A stretch of 53,597 bases of DNA, from assembly GCA_039680225.1 (NCBI GenBank), contig JBDKTK010000417.1, positions 1 through 53,597 of the forward strand, in the 5' to 3' direction. Shown piece after piece: positions 43,016 to 53,008 of the stretch (within the stretch, counting starts at the first letter, position 1; every line of letters begins with the position of its first letter). The DNA comes from Syntrophaceae bacterium (lineage in GTDB: Bacteria; Desulfobacterota; Syntrophia; Syntrophales; UBA4778). Below the pieces are notes generated by a model. That model saw only the letters and a list, made by a program, of their open reading frames with translations. It was not told the origin of the DNA and did not search any database. Position numbers and translations under genes: made by a program.

Positions 43016-44833
43016 CTAAAAATAGTACCAGATGGACCGGTAATCGCTTATGTTCTCCCCATCCGCCGCCAGGCGCTCGAGATAATCGTAAATTGAAGTG
43101 TCTGTGTAAAGATAGTCAAGGGAGGTTACAAGCCTCACCTCCCAGGAATAGAACCTGTACACCCGGCGGCCGTCCGGCAGTATCATTATGACTTCGTGGT
43201 CCTGCCAGGCGCGCAGGTGGGATTTTCCCAGCCGCGGCACATTGAAGACCGGCTCGTCCGTGCGGACAAGGCCCGGCTGGAGCCGCGCCTCCTCGCGTCT
43301 CTCCTGCTCTATCCGGGCGATCGGTACGCGGAAGTCAATTGTTTCCTCTTTGCCTTTTGTGCTGAAGGCGTAATACGGGTCAACGCCGCAAAGCTTCAGG
43401 GTCCTCCTGAGCAGCGCGGTCTCAAATCTCCTGCTGTTATAATACGTGAAGACCTGCTGGTTATATACGTTGATGCCCATTTTTTTTATGCTTTTTATGG
43501 CATCCAGCGCTTCCGGCGTCATCTCCGCTGCATGCTCAAAGTGGGTGACAATTGCAATTTCCCTTTTGCCCCACTGGTGATACTTGGAGAGGATGAAGAG
43601 GAACTCGGGATTGATGCGGAAAGGAAGCGTCACAGGGACCCTGGTCCCGATCCGGATCCTCTCGACGTGATCAATGCCCGAAATTTCACCAAGCAGCCAG
43701 TCAAGGTAATTGTTGTCGAGCGTCAGCGGATCGCCGCCGGTCACCAGCACTTCGCTGATGTTCTCGTTTCCCCTGATCCAGTCAATGGCTTCGCTCACTT
43801 TGGAGCGGGGAAGCTGCACTTCTTCGTCAATTCCCTTGATCTCCCAGTTTCTCTGGCAATACACGCAAATCTGGGGACAGGAATTGAAAGGTTTCAAAAT
43901 CAGGATCTCCGGATAGCGGCGGGTTATCCCGTCGATGGGGCTCGTTGATTTTTCGCCCATGAAATCCATGTCGATATCTTTTTGCCGGTTCTCTGCCACC
44001 GACCGGCAATAATTGGCGCTCGGCAGGACCTGGGCCCTTATCTGCCTGTCGTGGTCGTTCCTGCCAGATTTGTTGAACAGGGCCAGGTAATACGGGGTGA
44101 TCTGAAATGGAATGCGGTTTTGCTCGGCGGCCTCAAGGCCTTCCATTTCATCCGGTTCGAGCGTGACCAGGGACCGCAGGGTCTCGTGGTCGCGGATGAG
44201 ATGTTTCATGTGCCACATGTAATCGGCCCAGTCCGTTTCATTAGCCTTGAAATACTTCAATATGTCTTTCTTCAGGCTGTTCCTCTGCTTTATAAGGCTG
44301 CGGTCCAGGCCCGTGCGGTACCTCCTGAAATGCCGTCTGATCAATGCGGCAAGGTCATCGAGCTGGGCAGAGCGGATTTTCCCGGCTTCCCTGCCCTCAG
44401 CCGGATGGATGACGTGTTCCCGCGAGTGTTTCCCTGTCTTTCCGGTTATGCCTCTGAAAAGGGCGATATACTCGCACAGGAAGGACTTGGTAACTTTATC
44501 CAGGGCGCCTTCGACATCTTTGGCCAGGTCGGAAAGGCATTCAAGGGGAGATGCCTTGGTCAGGTACTCGTTTTCAGTCCTCATGGTGTTCGAAAGGACC
44601 CGGATGCATTCCTTGGCGTTGCGCTTCTCGACAATATTGAGGTTCACAAAATAAGTGTCGGATTTCATGTTGTACAAGTCGCGCTCCAGCCGGTTGAGGT
44701 AATCGAAAATCATGAACCGCGATTCTTCTACATGCCTGGAGTTCGCAAGGATTTTCCTGATATGCGGTTCGGCCTGCCAGAGCCTTGCGACCAGGTCTTT
44801 TTTCGACAAATTTAATATGCTTTCAATTCCCAT
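43016..44833 (-). CDS. KamA-family (lysine 2,3-aminomutase-like) radical SAM protein with ~200-aa N-terminal extension
   Basis: 605 aa with the KamA N-motif WADYMWHMKHLI...PFQITPYYLALF and the radical-SAM cluster CPQICVYCQRNW. VTGGDPL is also present, together with a long, helical-looking N-terminal region that canonical members lack. Confidence 0.75.
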   Translation of the reverse strand: MGIESILNLSKKDLVARLWQAEPHIRKILANSRHVEESRFMIFDYLNRLERDLYNMKSDTYFVNLNIVEKRNAKECIRVLSNTMRTENEYLTKASPLECLSDLAKDVEGALDKVTKSFLCEYIALFRGITGKTGKHSREHVIHPAEGREAGKIRSAQLDDLAALIRRHFRRYRTGLDRSLIKQRNSLKKDILKYFKANETDWADYMWHMKHLIRDHETLRSLVTLEPDEMEGLEAAEQNRIPFQITPYYLALFNKSGRNDHDRQIRAQVLPSANYCRSVAENRQKDIDMDFMGEKSTSPIDGITRRYPEILILKPFNSCPQICVYCQRNWEIKGIDEEVQLPRSKVSEAIDWIRGNENISEVLVTGGDPLTLDNNYLDWLLGEISGIDHVERIRIGTRVPVTLPFRINPEFLFILSKYHQWGKREIAIVTHFEHAAEMTPEALDAIKSIKKMGINVYNQQVFTYYNSRRFETALLRRTLKLCGVDPYYAFSTKGKEETIDFRVPIARIEQERREEARLQPGLVRTDEPVFNVPRLGKSHLRAWQDHEVIMILPDGRRVYRFYSWEVRLVTSLDYLYTDTSIYDYLERLAADGENISDYRSIWYYF

Positions 44834-44836
44834 AAT

Positions 44837-46279
44837 CTATTTGCATCCCCAGCAGACATCAGGTTCGCGGGCAGCCTTGACTTCATCGAGCCTTTTGACA
44901 GGAGTTGTCAGCGGGGCCGATTTAAGCAGGTCGGGATTGCTGCGCGCTTCTCCGGCTATTTTAATCATTGTATCGCAAAATGCATCAAGCGTCTCTCTGC
45001 TCTCTGTCTCGTTAGGCTCAATCATTATGGCTTCCGGGACAATCAGAGGGAAATAGATTGTCGGCGGGTGGTAACCGTAATCAAGCAGCCGCTTGGCGAC
45101 GTCCGATGTGTGCACTCCGCTTTCGCGGACCTGCCGGTTCCCCGTAAAGACGCATTCATGCATGCAGGTCCTGTTATATGCAAGATCGTAAAAAGGTTCA
45201 AGCCGCGCCTTAATGTAATTGGCATTGAGGACGGCCGCCTCGCTTACTTTCCGCAACCCTTCGGCCCCGAGCGACCTTATATAAGCGTACGCTTTCACCA
45301 TCACGTTGAAGTTGCCGTAAAAGGCGCGGACGCGGCCGATGCTGTCCGGATAATCGCACTCCCACCTATAGACTCCGTCCCGGCAGGTTATCCGGGGCGC
45401 CGGCAGATAAGGGATGAGTTTGCCGGAGACGCCCACCGGCCCGCTCCCCGGGCCGCCGCAGCCGTGCGGTGTTGAGAAAGTTTTATGGAGGTTGAGTTGG
45501 ATAACATCGAACCCCAGGTCGCCGGGTCGCGTGATACCCAGGAAAGCATTGGCGTTTGCCCCGTCGCAGTACAAGAGCCCGCCGCTGCCGTGCACAATTG
45601 CGGCAACCTCTTCTATGTTCCTTTCGAAAAGCCCCAGGGTGTTGGGGTTGGTCAGCATGAGACCCGCCGTGTCCTCGTTCATCTGTTGCCGGAGGTCCGC
45701 GATGTCAACGCCGCCTTCCTTGTTGGACCGGACGGTCACGGTCTGGAATCCGCACAGGGCTCCCGATGCCGGGTTTGTCCCATGCGCTGCATCAGGGATT
45801 AATATCCTGGTCCGTTTCCGGCCGAGCTTTTCGAAATGCCTTTTGATCATCATAACGCCCGTCAGCTCGCCATGGGCGCCCGCCGCCGGCTGGAGCGTGA
45901 AATCCGCCATGCCGAATATTTCAGAAAGGCATTGCCTCAGTTCATACATGAGCTGCATGCTGCCCTGGGCAAAAACATCCGGGGCGAGAGGGTGCAGCGA
46001 CGTGAAGCCCGCCAGCCCGGCAACTTCCTCGTTGAGTTTGGGATTGTATTTCATCGTGCAGGAGCCGAGCGGATAAAAGCCCACATCCACACCGAAATTA
46101 CGCCTCGACAGGGCAATGTAATGCCGCACCAGGTCGATTTCGGCGACTTCGGGCAGGTCTACATCCTCTCTCAACAGGTCCGGTCCTATTACAGATTCCA
46201 CGGGCACGAGAGGGACATCCGGTTCGGGTATGCTCGTCGCGCTCCTTCCGGTCCTGCTCTTCTCAAAAATAAGCTCCAT
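44837..46279 (-). CDS. gcvPB: glycine dehydrogenase (aminomethyl-transferring) subunit 2
   Basis: 480 aa with [12 protein letters not shown] and the PLP-lysine context [16 protein letters not shown] (here [16 protein letters not shown]). Confidence 0.9.
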   Translation of the reverse strand: MELIFEKSRTGRSATSIPEPDVPLVPVESVIGPDLLREDVDLPEVAEIDLVRHYIALSRRNFGVDVGFYPLGSCTMKYNPKLNEEVAGLAGFTSLHPLAPDVFAQGSMQLMYELRQCLSEIFGMADFTLQPAAGAHGELTGVMMIKRHFEKLGRKRTRILIPDAAHGTNPASGALCGFQTVTVRSNKEGGVDIADLRQQMNEDTAGLMLTNPNTLGLFERNIEEVAAIVHGSGGLLYCDGANANAFLGITRPGDLGFDVIQLNLHKTFSTPHGCGGPGSGPVGVSGKLIPYLPAPRITCRDGVYRWECDYPDSIGRVRAFYGNFNVMVKAYAYIRSLGAEGLRKVSEAAVLNANYIKARLEPFYDLAYNRTCMHECVFTGNRQVRESGVHTSDVAKRLLDYGYHPPTIYFPLIVPEAIMIEPNETESRETLDAFCDTMIKIAGEARSNPDLLKSAPLTTPVKRLDEVKAAREPDVCWGCK

Positions 46280-46287
46280 TTCCCCTC

Positions 46288-46635
46288 CTATTTACCGCCG
46301 CGTTCGGAAGTCTGTATTTTATTCAGGGTATTGCCCTTAAAGGTCAGGATATAAACGTAGTCGCCGTAGCCCCTGTCGTAATACCATTTTTTACCTTTGG
46401 CGCTGGATTGTTCGTAACTCTCCTCGGTTTTTGTCCTGCTTTTTTTGCTTTTCTTCTGAGAACTCTTCGCCCCGGCGGATTCGGTGCGGGTTGGCTTGCC
46501 GCACATTTTTTTCACGGTATCGGAAGTGTCGCCGACCTTCACGATTTCAGCGCCGCACCTGAACACCTCTGTTGAGTATGCGTTTATCGGACAAAGAAGC
46601 AAAACAAAGGCAAATAAAAGAAAAATCCTCGCCAT
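46288..46635 (-). CDS. DUF2845-like small exported protein
   Basis: 115 aa with a signal peptide, [24 protein letters not shown] and WYYDRG...[11 protein letters not shown], matching my memory of DUF2845. The middle region is Lys/Ser-rich. Confidence 0.55.
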   Translation of the reverse strand: MARIFLLFAFVLLLCPINAYSTEVFRCGAEIVKVGDTSDTVKKMCGKPTRTESAGAKSSQKKSKKSRTKTEESYEQSSAKGKKWYYDRGYGDYVYILTFKGNTLNKIQTSERGGK

Positions 46636-46637
46636 GA

Positions 46638-47966
46638 TTATCCTTTCATGATTGAGATGACCCGGTCCATATCCTGCCGGGAAAGCATTTCAGTTGCGCA
46701 AAAGAGAAGCGAGTCGCCCAGTTCGGGATAATCTTCCCCGACCTCGAGGCCGCCGATTATCCCCTCTTCGGCCAGTTTCCGGTTCACGCTCGCGATGTCG
46801 GGACAGCGCATTGCAAATTCGTTGTAAACAGGTCCGGAAAAGACCGGCTCCCAGCCCTTGAGGCCGGCGAGCCCTTTTTTTAGGTACTGGGCCTTCTGGA
46901 AGTTCAGTTCCGCGAGCTTTTTCAGATTTTTCCCGAGGCTGACCAGGTATACGGCCGCGGCGAGGGCGCATAATGCCTCGTTCGAGCAGATATTGGAAGT
47001 CGCCCTTTCCCGGCGGATGTGCTGCTCCCGCGTCTGGAGCGTCAGGACGAACCCCCTTTTCCCCTCTTTGTCCACCGTGGCCCCGGCAAGCCGCCCGGGG
47101 ATCTTCCGCAGGAACTTGCTGGTGCTTGCGAAAATGCCCAGGTACGGGCCGCCGTAGTTGAGTGGGTTGCCGAAACTCTGTCCCTCTCCCGCCACGAAGT
47201 CGGCGCCCAGTTCCCCGGCCGGTTTGAGCAGTCCCAAAGACCCCGCTTCGGTGAACCCGGCCACGAGGAGCGCTCCGCTCTCGTGAACGACTCGACTTAT
47301 GGCTCCCATATCCTCAATCACGCCGAAGAAGTTCGGGCTCTGCACCAGGACAGCGGCTGTCTGTTTATCAAGATTGCCGCGAAGCGCTTCCATATCGGCC
47401 CTGCCTGAATCGAGGTAGGGTATTTCGATCAGTTCATAACCGTTGGCCCAGCAATACGTTTTGACCACCTTCCTGTATTCGGGGTGGACATTCCGGGCAA
47501 TGATAACCCTGTTGCGGTTGAGCGTCTTTGCCGCGAGCACCGCAGCCTCCGCCATCGCCGACGAGCCGTCGTACATCGAGGCGTTCGCGACCTGCATGCC
47601 CGTGAGCTTCGCTATCATCGTCTGGTATTCGTATATTGCCTGCAGGATGCCCTGGCTGATTTCAGCCTGGTAAGGGGTATAAGCGGTGTAAAATTCCGAG
47701 CGCGACAGGATATGTCCCACGACCGCCGGGATGTAATGGTTGTATGCTCCGGCGCCGCGCAGGGTCATTTTCGGCAATATGTTCCGGGACGCAAGAGAAT
47801 CCATCAGCTGATAGGTTTCCTGCTCCGAGAGGGCCCGGGGCAATCTCAACATTTCCCCTATCCTGAACTTTTCCGGTATGTCGGAGAACAGCTCTTTGAT
47901 AGAGCCGATACCGACGGTTGCCATCATTTGCTTCAGGTCATCCGGGGTATGGGGCACATAATTCAT
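46638..47966 (-). CDS. gcvPA: glycine dehydrogenase (aminomethyl-transferring) subunit 1
   Basis: 442 aa with GAGAYNHYIP, FYTAYTPYQAEISQG and ANASMYDGSSA. Confidence 0.9.
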   Translation of the reverse strand: MNYVPHTPDDLKQMMATVGIGSIKELFSDIPEKFRIGEMLRLPRALSEQETYQLMDSLASRNILPKMTLRGAGAYNHYIPAVVGHILSRSEFYTAYTPYQAEISQGILQAIYEYQTMIAKLTGMQVANASMYDGSSAMAEAAVLAAKTLNRNRVIIARNVHPEYRKVVKTYCWANGYELIEIPYLDSGRADMEALRGNLDKQTAAVLVQSPNFFGVIEDMGAISRVVHESGALLVAGFTEAGSLGLLKPAGELGADFVAGEGQSFGNPLNYGGPYLGIFASTSKFLRKIPGRLAGATVDKEGKRGFVLTLQTREQHIRRERATSNICSNEALCALAAAVYLVSLGKNLKKLAELNFQKAQYLKKGLAGLKGWEPVFSGPVYNEFAMRCPDIASVNRKLAEEGIIGGLEVGEDYPELGDSLLFCATEMLSRQDMDRVISIMKG

Positions 47967-47972
47967 GAATTG

Positions 47973-48377
47973 TCATTCTCCCTGTTTTTTTTCCTTAATG
48001 AAAGCGCCGTATCCTTCCGCGTCCATGAGGCCTGCAAGTTGAGACGGATCATCCATTTTCATCTTGACTATCCACCCTTCGCCGAAAGCGTCCTGGTTGA
48101 TGAGTTCCGGGTGCGACTCAAGCCCGGCGTTGACTTCCAGCACCTCTCCGCTCACCGGTGAATACACGTCGGAAACCGACTTTACCGATTCAACCACGGC
48201 GACAGGCTGCATCTGTTTCACGTTTTTCCCCAAGGGGGGAAGCTCCACAAACACTATATCCGTAAGCAGTTCCTGGGCGTGATCGGTGATGCCGATGGTT
48301 GCCGTTCCATCTGAGTTGTCCAGGGCCCATTCGTGCTCGGTTGAATATCTCCTGTCGGTAGGGTTGGGTTTTGCCAT
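47973..48377 (-). CDS. gcvH: glycine cleavage system protein H
   Basis: 134 aa with YSTEHEW and the lipoyl-lysine context VESVKSVSDVYSPVSG. Confidence 0.9.
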   Translation of the reverse strand: MAKPNPTDRRYSTEHEWALDNSDGTATIGITDHAQELLTDIVFVELPPLGKNVKQMQPVAVVESVKSVSDVYSPVSGEVLEVNAGLESHPELINQDAFGEGWIVKMKMDDPSQLAGLMDAEGYGAFIKEKKQGE

Positions 48378-48404
48378 TATCTTCTCCTCTCCAGTGTGAA
48401 GTCT

Positions 48405-49499
48405 TTATTTTGCTCTTTTGTAAAAAGGCAGCGGGACCACTCTTGCGCGGACTGTGTTTTCCCTGATGCGGATGAATATATCCGTTCCGGGTTCCAGGTA
48501 TTTTATCGGGACGAAGCCCATTCCCACGGCCTTGTTCAAAGTCGGGGTCATGCTTCCCGAAGTAACTATTCCAATCTCGTTTCCGTCCTCGACTATTTTA
48601 TAGCCATGACGGGCAATGCCCCTGTCCACCATTTCGAAACCGATGAGCTTTTTTGCAAGCCCCGCATCTTTTTGTCTTTTCAGGGCATCACGGCCGACGA
48701 AATCCTTCTCCAGACTGGGCACCCATGAATAGGCGACCTCAAGGGGCGTTATCGATTCGTCCATCTCATTCCCATAAAGCATCAGGCCGGCTTCCAGCCT
48801 CAGGGTGTCCCGGGCGCCCAGACCGACCGGCTTCAGTCCGGCAGGCCCTCCCTCGTCCAGGATAACGTCCCAGAATTTCTCCGCGAGGGAGCTGTCCATG
48901 TAGATCTCGAAGCCGTCTTCCCCTGTGTAGCCGCTGCGGGAAATCAGCGCAGGGGATCCCGCGAGTTCGGTTTCCAGGAAACTGTAATATTTTATGTCGT
49001 CGAGGTTGCATTTCACGATGCGCTGCAGGATGGGTTGGGCTGCAGGCCCCTGCAGGTCCAGTTTGCCCGTCTTTTCCGATATATCTTCCACCGAGACGTT
49101 TGCGATCCCCAGGGCGCCTTTGTTTTCCAGGATCCACTTGAAATCCTTTTCCCTGGTAACGGCATTCGTTACAACCATGAAACGCTCATCGGAAAACTTG
49201 TAAATTGTCAGGTCGTCGAGTATCCCGCCTTCCGGAGTGGTCATGACGCTTAATCTCATTTTCCCGGTTTTCTGGGGTGCAAGGTCTCGGCTCATGACTT
49301 TCTGCAGCAGGTCGAACGAGTCCGGGCCCGCAACCATGATCTCTCCCATGTGGCAGATATCGAACAGGCCTGCCGCCCGGCGTGTGGCGCGATGCTCCTC
49401 GATCACGCCTGCATACTGCACCGGCATTTCCCAACCCCCGAACTCGATCATTCGGGCGCCGGCAGATAAATGTTTATTGTACAGGGGAGTTCTCTTCAT
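48405..49499 (-). CDS. gcvT: glycine cleavage system aminomethyltransferase
   Basis: 364 aa with KRTPLY..H...GA.M..FGGWEMPVQY and GLFDICHMGE. Confidence 0.9.
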   Translation of the reverse strand: MKRTPLYNKHLSAGARMIEFGGWEMPVQYAGVIEEHRATRRAAGLFDICHMGEIMVAGPDSFDLLQKVMSRDLAPQKTGKMRLSVMTTPEGGILDDLTIYKFSDERFMVVTNAVTREKDFKWILENKGALGIANVSVEDISEKTGKLDLQGPAAQPILQRIVKCNLDDIKYYSFLETELAGSPALISRSGYTGEDGFEIYMDSSLAEKFWDVILDEGGPAGLKPVGLGARDTLRLEAGLMLYGNEMDESITPLEVAYSWVPSLEKDFVGRDALKRQKDAGLAKKLIGFEMVDRGIARHGYKIVEDGNEIGIVTSGSMTPTLNKAVGMGFVPIKYLEPGTDIFIRIRENTVRARVVPLPFYKRAK

Positions 49500-49561
49500 A
49501 TAACCTCTCTCGGTCGAAAATCCGGCCCTCAGTTTTTGGGGATTCAGAAACCCCGGTCCAA

Positions 49562-49888
49562 TTATCCGGTCTTAAAATTGTAATAAAGAAAATATATTGT
49601 AATCAGGATAGCGATGGCCGCCGACAAAAATACATTTCTGCTCACAGAAACCGGTCCAAGTATAAGTTTTTTACAATTTGGGCAATAACAAAAACGGGAT
49701 TCGATCGAAGCGCCGCAAACGGGACAGGCATGTCCGGCCCTTGCCGCATGTCTTTCGATCCCCTTTTTTAATTCCTGCTGGATATCGTACCGCCATTCAC
49801 AATCGGGGGTGGGGCATTTGCCTTTGGCGGGCATGTGGTCCGTCCACATGAATTCCTTCAAGCAATCGGGACAATTAATTTTGAGCAT
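49562..49888 (-). CDS. zinc-ribbon protein with C-terminal transmembrane helix
   Basis: Cys-pair motifs: CPDC...CPTPDC and CPVC...CPNC. The C-terminal helix is VFLSAAIAILITIYFLYY. I prefer ATG 49888 (SD AGGTGAG) to the tracked GTG 49915. Confidence 0.5.
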   Translation of the reverse strand: MLKINCPDCLKEFMWTDHMPAKGKCPTPDCEWRYDIQQELKKGIERHAARAGHACPVCGASIESRFCYCPNCKKLILGPVSVSRNVFLSAAIAILITIYFLYYNFKTG

Positions 49889-49973
49889 TAATTTCTCACC
49901 TGAGGCAAAGCTCACATTGAGTACTATAGGAAATTAAATAATTCAAGAGAGTATTGGAAGAAAAACCGAAATG

Positions 49974-50666
49974 CTAAATGGCCTTGCGCCAGGACAATCT
50001 CTGCTCTATCCAGCGCGAGAGGCTTGTAAATGCAAAGCACAGGATGAAATAGATGATTGCAATAAATGCGAATATCTCGGCGGGGTAAATCATAGTCCGG
50101 TTATTAACCTGTGTCGCCACATGGGTGAGTTCGGAGACCCCCACGATGAATGCCAGTGAATTATCCTTTATAAGGGAGACAAACTGGTTCACGAAAGAAG
50201 GGATCATATTGCGCAGTCCCTGGGGCAGCACGATGAAGATCATTGCCTGCCATGGCGCCAGCCCCGTGGAAAGCCCGGCCTCGGTCTGCCCTCGCGGGAT
50301 CCCCTCGATTCCCGCCGTCACTATTTGGGACATGTAAGAAGAGGTAAAAACAGTGAGCGCCGCGATAACCGTCCAACTCTCGGGAGTGGGCCTTTTCATA
50401 ATCCAGGGAATGAGGAAATACATCCAGAAGATGACCATCAGCAGGGGGATTCCCCTGATAGCATTCACCACAGCCAGGGTCGGGTACTTGATAAATTTGT
50501 TATTGGACAGGCAAAGCAGCCCCATAATAAGGCCGCCGAAAAACGACAGGATGCATGATACAAGTGCAAGATAAAAGGTCAGGGCCAGTCCGCCCAGGGG
50601 CCCGTTGGGGTACCTGCCGACCATGAAATGCGCTATGTTATCCCAAATTACCTGAAAGCTTTCCAT
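49974..50666 (-). CDS. amino acid ABC transporter permease (HisM/GlnP type)
   Basis: 230 aa, polytopic, with the EAA-loop context GQTEAGLSTGLAPWQAMIFIVLPQ. Confidence 0.85.
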   Translation of the reverse strand: MESFQVIWDNIAHFMVGRYPNGPLGGLALTFYLALVSCILSFFGGLIMGLLCLSNNKFIKYPTLAVVNAIRGIPLLMVIFWMYFLIPWIMKRPTPESWTVIAALTVFTSSYMSQIVTAGIEGIPRGQTEAGLSTGLAPWQAMIFIVLPQGLRNMIPSFVNQFVSLIKDNSLAFIVGVSELTHVATQVNNRTMIYPAEIFAFIAIIYFILCFAFTSLSRWIEQRLSWRKAI

Positions 50667-50667
50667 G

Positions 50668-51375
50668 TCAGCGCATTCCTATCGGGTTCAGAATTTTCTT
50701 GCTGTACAGGGTGACAAGCCCGGTAATCACCAGGGAAATGACCAGATATACAAGCGTTGCTGCCGTAAAAGCCTCAAATCCCTTGAACGTGTAACTCTCC
50801 ACCTGTCTGGCCTGATAGGTAAGCTCCGCGACGCCGATTGTCATCGCCAGCGAGGAGTTTTTCGCCAGGTTCAAAAACTGGTTGATCAGGGGCGGAATTG
50901 TGATCCGGACGGCCTGGGGGAGGATTATATACTGCATCGAACGCACGTAAGAAAAACCCGAACTGCGGGCCGCCTCCATCTGCTCTTTAGGTATGGAACG
51001 CACGCCCGAGCGGATGTCTTCCGCAATGAAGGCCGAGGTGTATATGGTCAGGGCAATTACGGCAGAGATGAACTCAAAGTTTCTTTCATTCATCCAGTCC
51101 TGCACGGCCATGGGCAGGACCTGGTAAGACCCGAAGTACCAGAAAAAAATCTGTACCAGCAGGGGCGTGTTGCGGAAGAATTCAAGGTAGCCGTGGGCAA
51201 ACCATCTGACCGGCCCTAACTGGCTCATCCTCATGACCGCAATCAGCAGGCCCAGTATAAACGAGAGCGCAATCGAAACAGCCGAAAGCTCGAGTGTTAT
51301 CTTCAGGCCGGATACCAGCCATTCAAAATACTGGCCGGAGGTGATGATTGCCCAGTCAAACTTGTAATTGAACAT
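50668..51375 (-). CDS. amino acid ABC transporter permease
   Basis: 235 aa with the EAA loop EQMEAARSSGFSYVRSMQYIILPQA. Confidence 0.85.
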   Translation of the reverse strand: MFNYKFDWAIITSGQYFEWLVSGLKITLELSAVSIALSFILGLLIAVMRMSQLGPVRWFAHGYLEFFRNTPLLVQIFFWYFGSYQVLPMAVQDWMNERNFEFISAVIALTIYTSAFIAEDIRSGVRSIPKEQMEAARSSGFSYVRSMQYIILPQAVRITIPPLINQFLNLAKNSSLAMTIGVAELTYQARQVESYTFKGFEAFTAATLVYLVISLVITGLVTLYSKKILNPIGMR

Positions 51376-51432
51376 AAACCTGCAAAAAGATTCCCCCTGG
51401 TCGGAAGACCAGGGGGAACATGTTCTTATTAA

Positions 51433-52251
51433 TTATTGTTTAGGGGAAATCTTAAAGCTGCCTCTTGCCATTGGAGTCTGGGATTTGGGGCCAAACCACT
51501 TGTTGTGGATTTTCCTGGCCTCGCCGTTTTTCTCCATTTCGAGCAGGGTGTCATTCACGAACTTCACGAATTTGGGGCTGCCCTTGGCAATTCCGAGTCC
51601 GTAGGGTTCATCGGAAATGGCGAAACTTGTGATCTCGTACTTTTTCTTGTCGGGGGCTTTTCCGAGGAGCTGCGCCAGGATGGACTCATCGGTCGTAATC
51701 GCGAAAACCTTGTTCTGCTGAAGGGCAAGGAATGCCTGGGGATAATCGTCATAAGAAATTACGGTCGACTTGGGCAGGGCCTTGGAAGCGTTCTGCTCGG
51801 AGGTCGATCCCTTTGCGGTGCCGATTCTCTTCCCGTTCAGGTCGGCCAGGCTCTTCACTGTCCCCTTCTTGACAATGAATTTCTGTCCGGTCATGAAATA
51901 TGCATAGCTGAAATCGATCTGTTTCGCCCGTTCCGCGTTCTTCGTCATTGTCGCGGCTATGATGTCGATATTGCCGGCGATGAGCTGGGGCATTCTCGAA
52001 GCTGACGTCACGGGTTTGAGCTCCAGTTTAACGCCCATTTTTTTGGCAATGGCCTTGAGGAAATCGACATCGTAACCGACTATTTCCCTGGTCTTCTCAT
52101 CGATATAGCCGAAGCCGGGTGTCGAGTCTTTGACTCCACCGATCAAAGAGCCCCTTTGTTTGATGGTATCATAGACATCCGCCGCCATGGCCGTCCCGAT
52201 AAGCCCGAATACCATAACCAGAACTGACAGAATAGCAACACTTCTTCTCAT
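51433..52251 (-). CDS. amino acid ABC transporter substrate-binding protein (family 3)
   Basis: 272 aa with a signal peptide. GYDVDFLKAIAKKMG and IDIIAATMTKNAERAKQIDFS are typical of polar amino-acid binding proteins. Confidence 0.85.
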   Translation of the reverse strand: MRRSVAILSVLVMVFGLIGTAMAADVYDTIKQRGSLIGGVKDSTPGFGYIDEKTREIVGYDVDFLKAIAKKMGVKLELKPVTSASRMPQLIAGNIDIIAATMTKNAERAKQIDFSYAYFMTGQKFIVKKGTVKSLADLNGKRIGTAKGSTSEQNASKALPKSTVISYDDYPQAFLALQQNKVFAITTDESILAQLLGKAPDKKKYEITSFAISDEPYGLGIAKGSPKFVKFVNDTLLEMEKNGEARKIHNKWFGPKSQTPMARGSFKISPKQ

Positions 52252-52273
52252 TCCAATTACCTCCTTTTGGATT

Positions 52274-53008
52274 TTAATGCATAGGTGACAAAATCTCTTT
52301 TAAGAACTGCTGGGCCCTTTCATGTTGAGGGTTCCGGAAGAATTCCTCCGGCTTTGCTTCTTCAAGGATGACCCCGTAATCAATAAAGCATACCCGGTCG
52401 GCTACCTCCCGGGCGAAGCCCATTTCGTGCGTCACTACGATCAATGTCATACCCGTGCCCGCAAGGCCCTGCATGACCAGAAGGACCTCACCGATCATTT
52501 CCGGGTCCAGCGCCGATGTGGGTTCGTCAAAAAGCATGATTTTGGGCTTCATGGCCAGGGCCCTGGCAATGGCGACCCGCTGCTGCTGGCCGCCGGAGAG
52601 CTGGGCGGGATAGGCATCTCTTTTTTCGGCCAGGCCGACCCGGGTGAGGAGTGCCATCGCCTGCTCTTCCGCATCCTTTTTGGAGATCTTTCTGACTTTG
52701 ACCGGGGCAAGGGTTATATTGTTAATGACCGAAAGGTGAGGGTAAAGATTGAATTGCTGGAAGACAAATCCAATTTCCGCTCTCAGCTTCGTGATGTCGG
52801 TTTTGGGGTCTGTTATATCGTGTCCGTCTACAATCAACCGGCCTTTGTCAATCGGCTCCAGCTTGTTTATCGTCCTGATGAGCGTTGATTTCCCCGACCC
52901 GGACGGCCCGCAGACGACCACCACTTCGCCCTGTTTGACCTGGAGATCAACACCGTTGAGCACATGCAGCTTTTTAAACCACTTGTGCACGCCTTCAAAT
53001 TTGATCAT
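52274..53008 (-). CDS. amino acid ABC transporter ATP-binding protein (GlnQ-like)
   Basis: Start placed at ATG 53008 ([11 protein letters not shown]). Walker A is GPSGSGKST, the signature is [15 protein letters not shown], and Walker B is [11 protein letters not shown]. Confidence 0.9.
   Translation of the reverse strand: MIKFEGVHKWFKKLHVLNGVDLQVKQGEVVVVCGPSGSGKSTLIRTINKLEPIDKGRLIVDGHDITDPKTDITKLRAEIGFVFQQFNLYPHLSVINNITLAPVKVRKISKKDAEEQAMALLTRVGLAEKRDAYPAQLSGGQQQRVAIARALAMKPKIMLFDEPTSALDPEMIGEVLLVMQGLAGTGMTLIVVTHEMGFAREVADRVCFIDYGVILEEAKPEEFFRNPQHERAQQFLKEILSPMH

Noticed and set aside
49500-49973. I looked for a glycine riboswitch upstream of gcvT, which is common in other bacteria.
   Set aside because: Only 62 nt separate gcvT from the upstream zinc-ribbon gene, and 58 AT-rich nt lie upstream of that gene. 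This is too short for a tandem or single glycine aptamer, and no conserved aptamer elements were seen.
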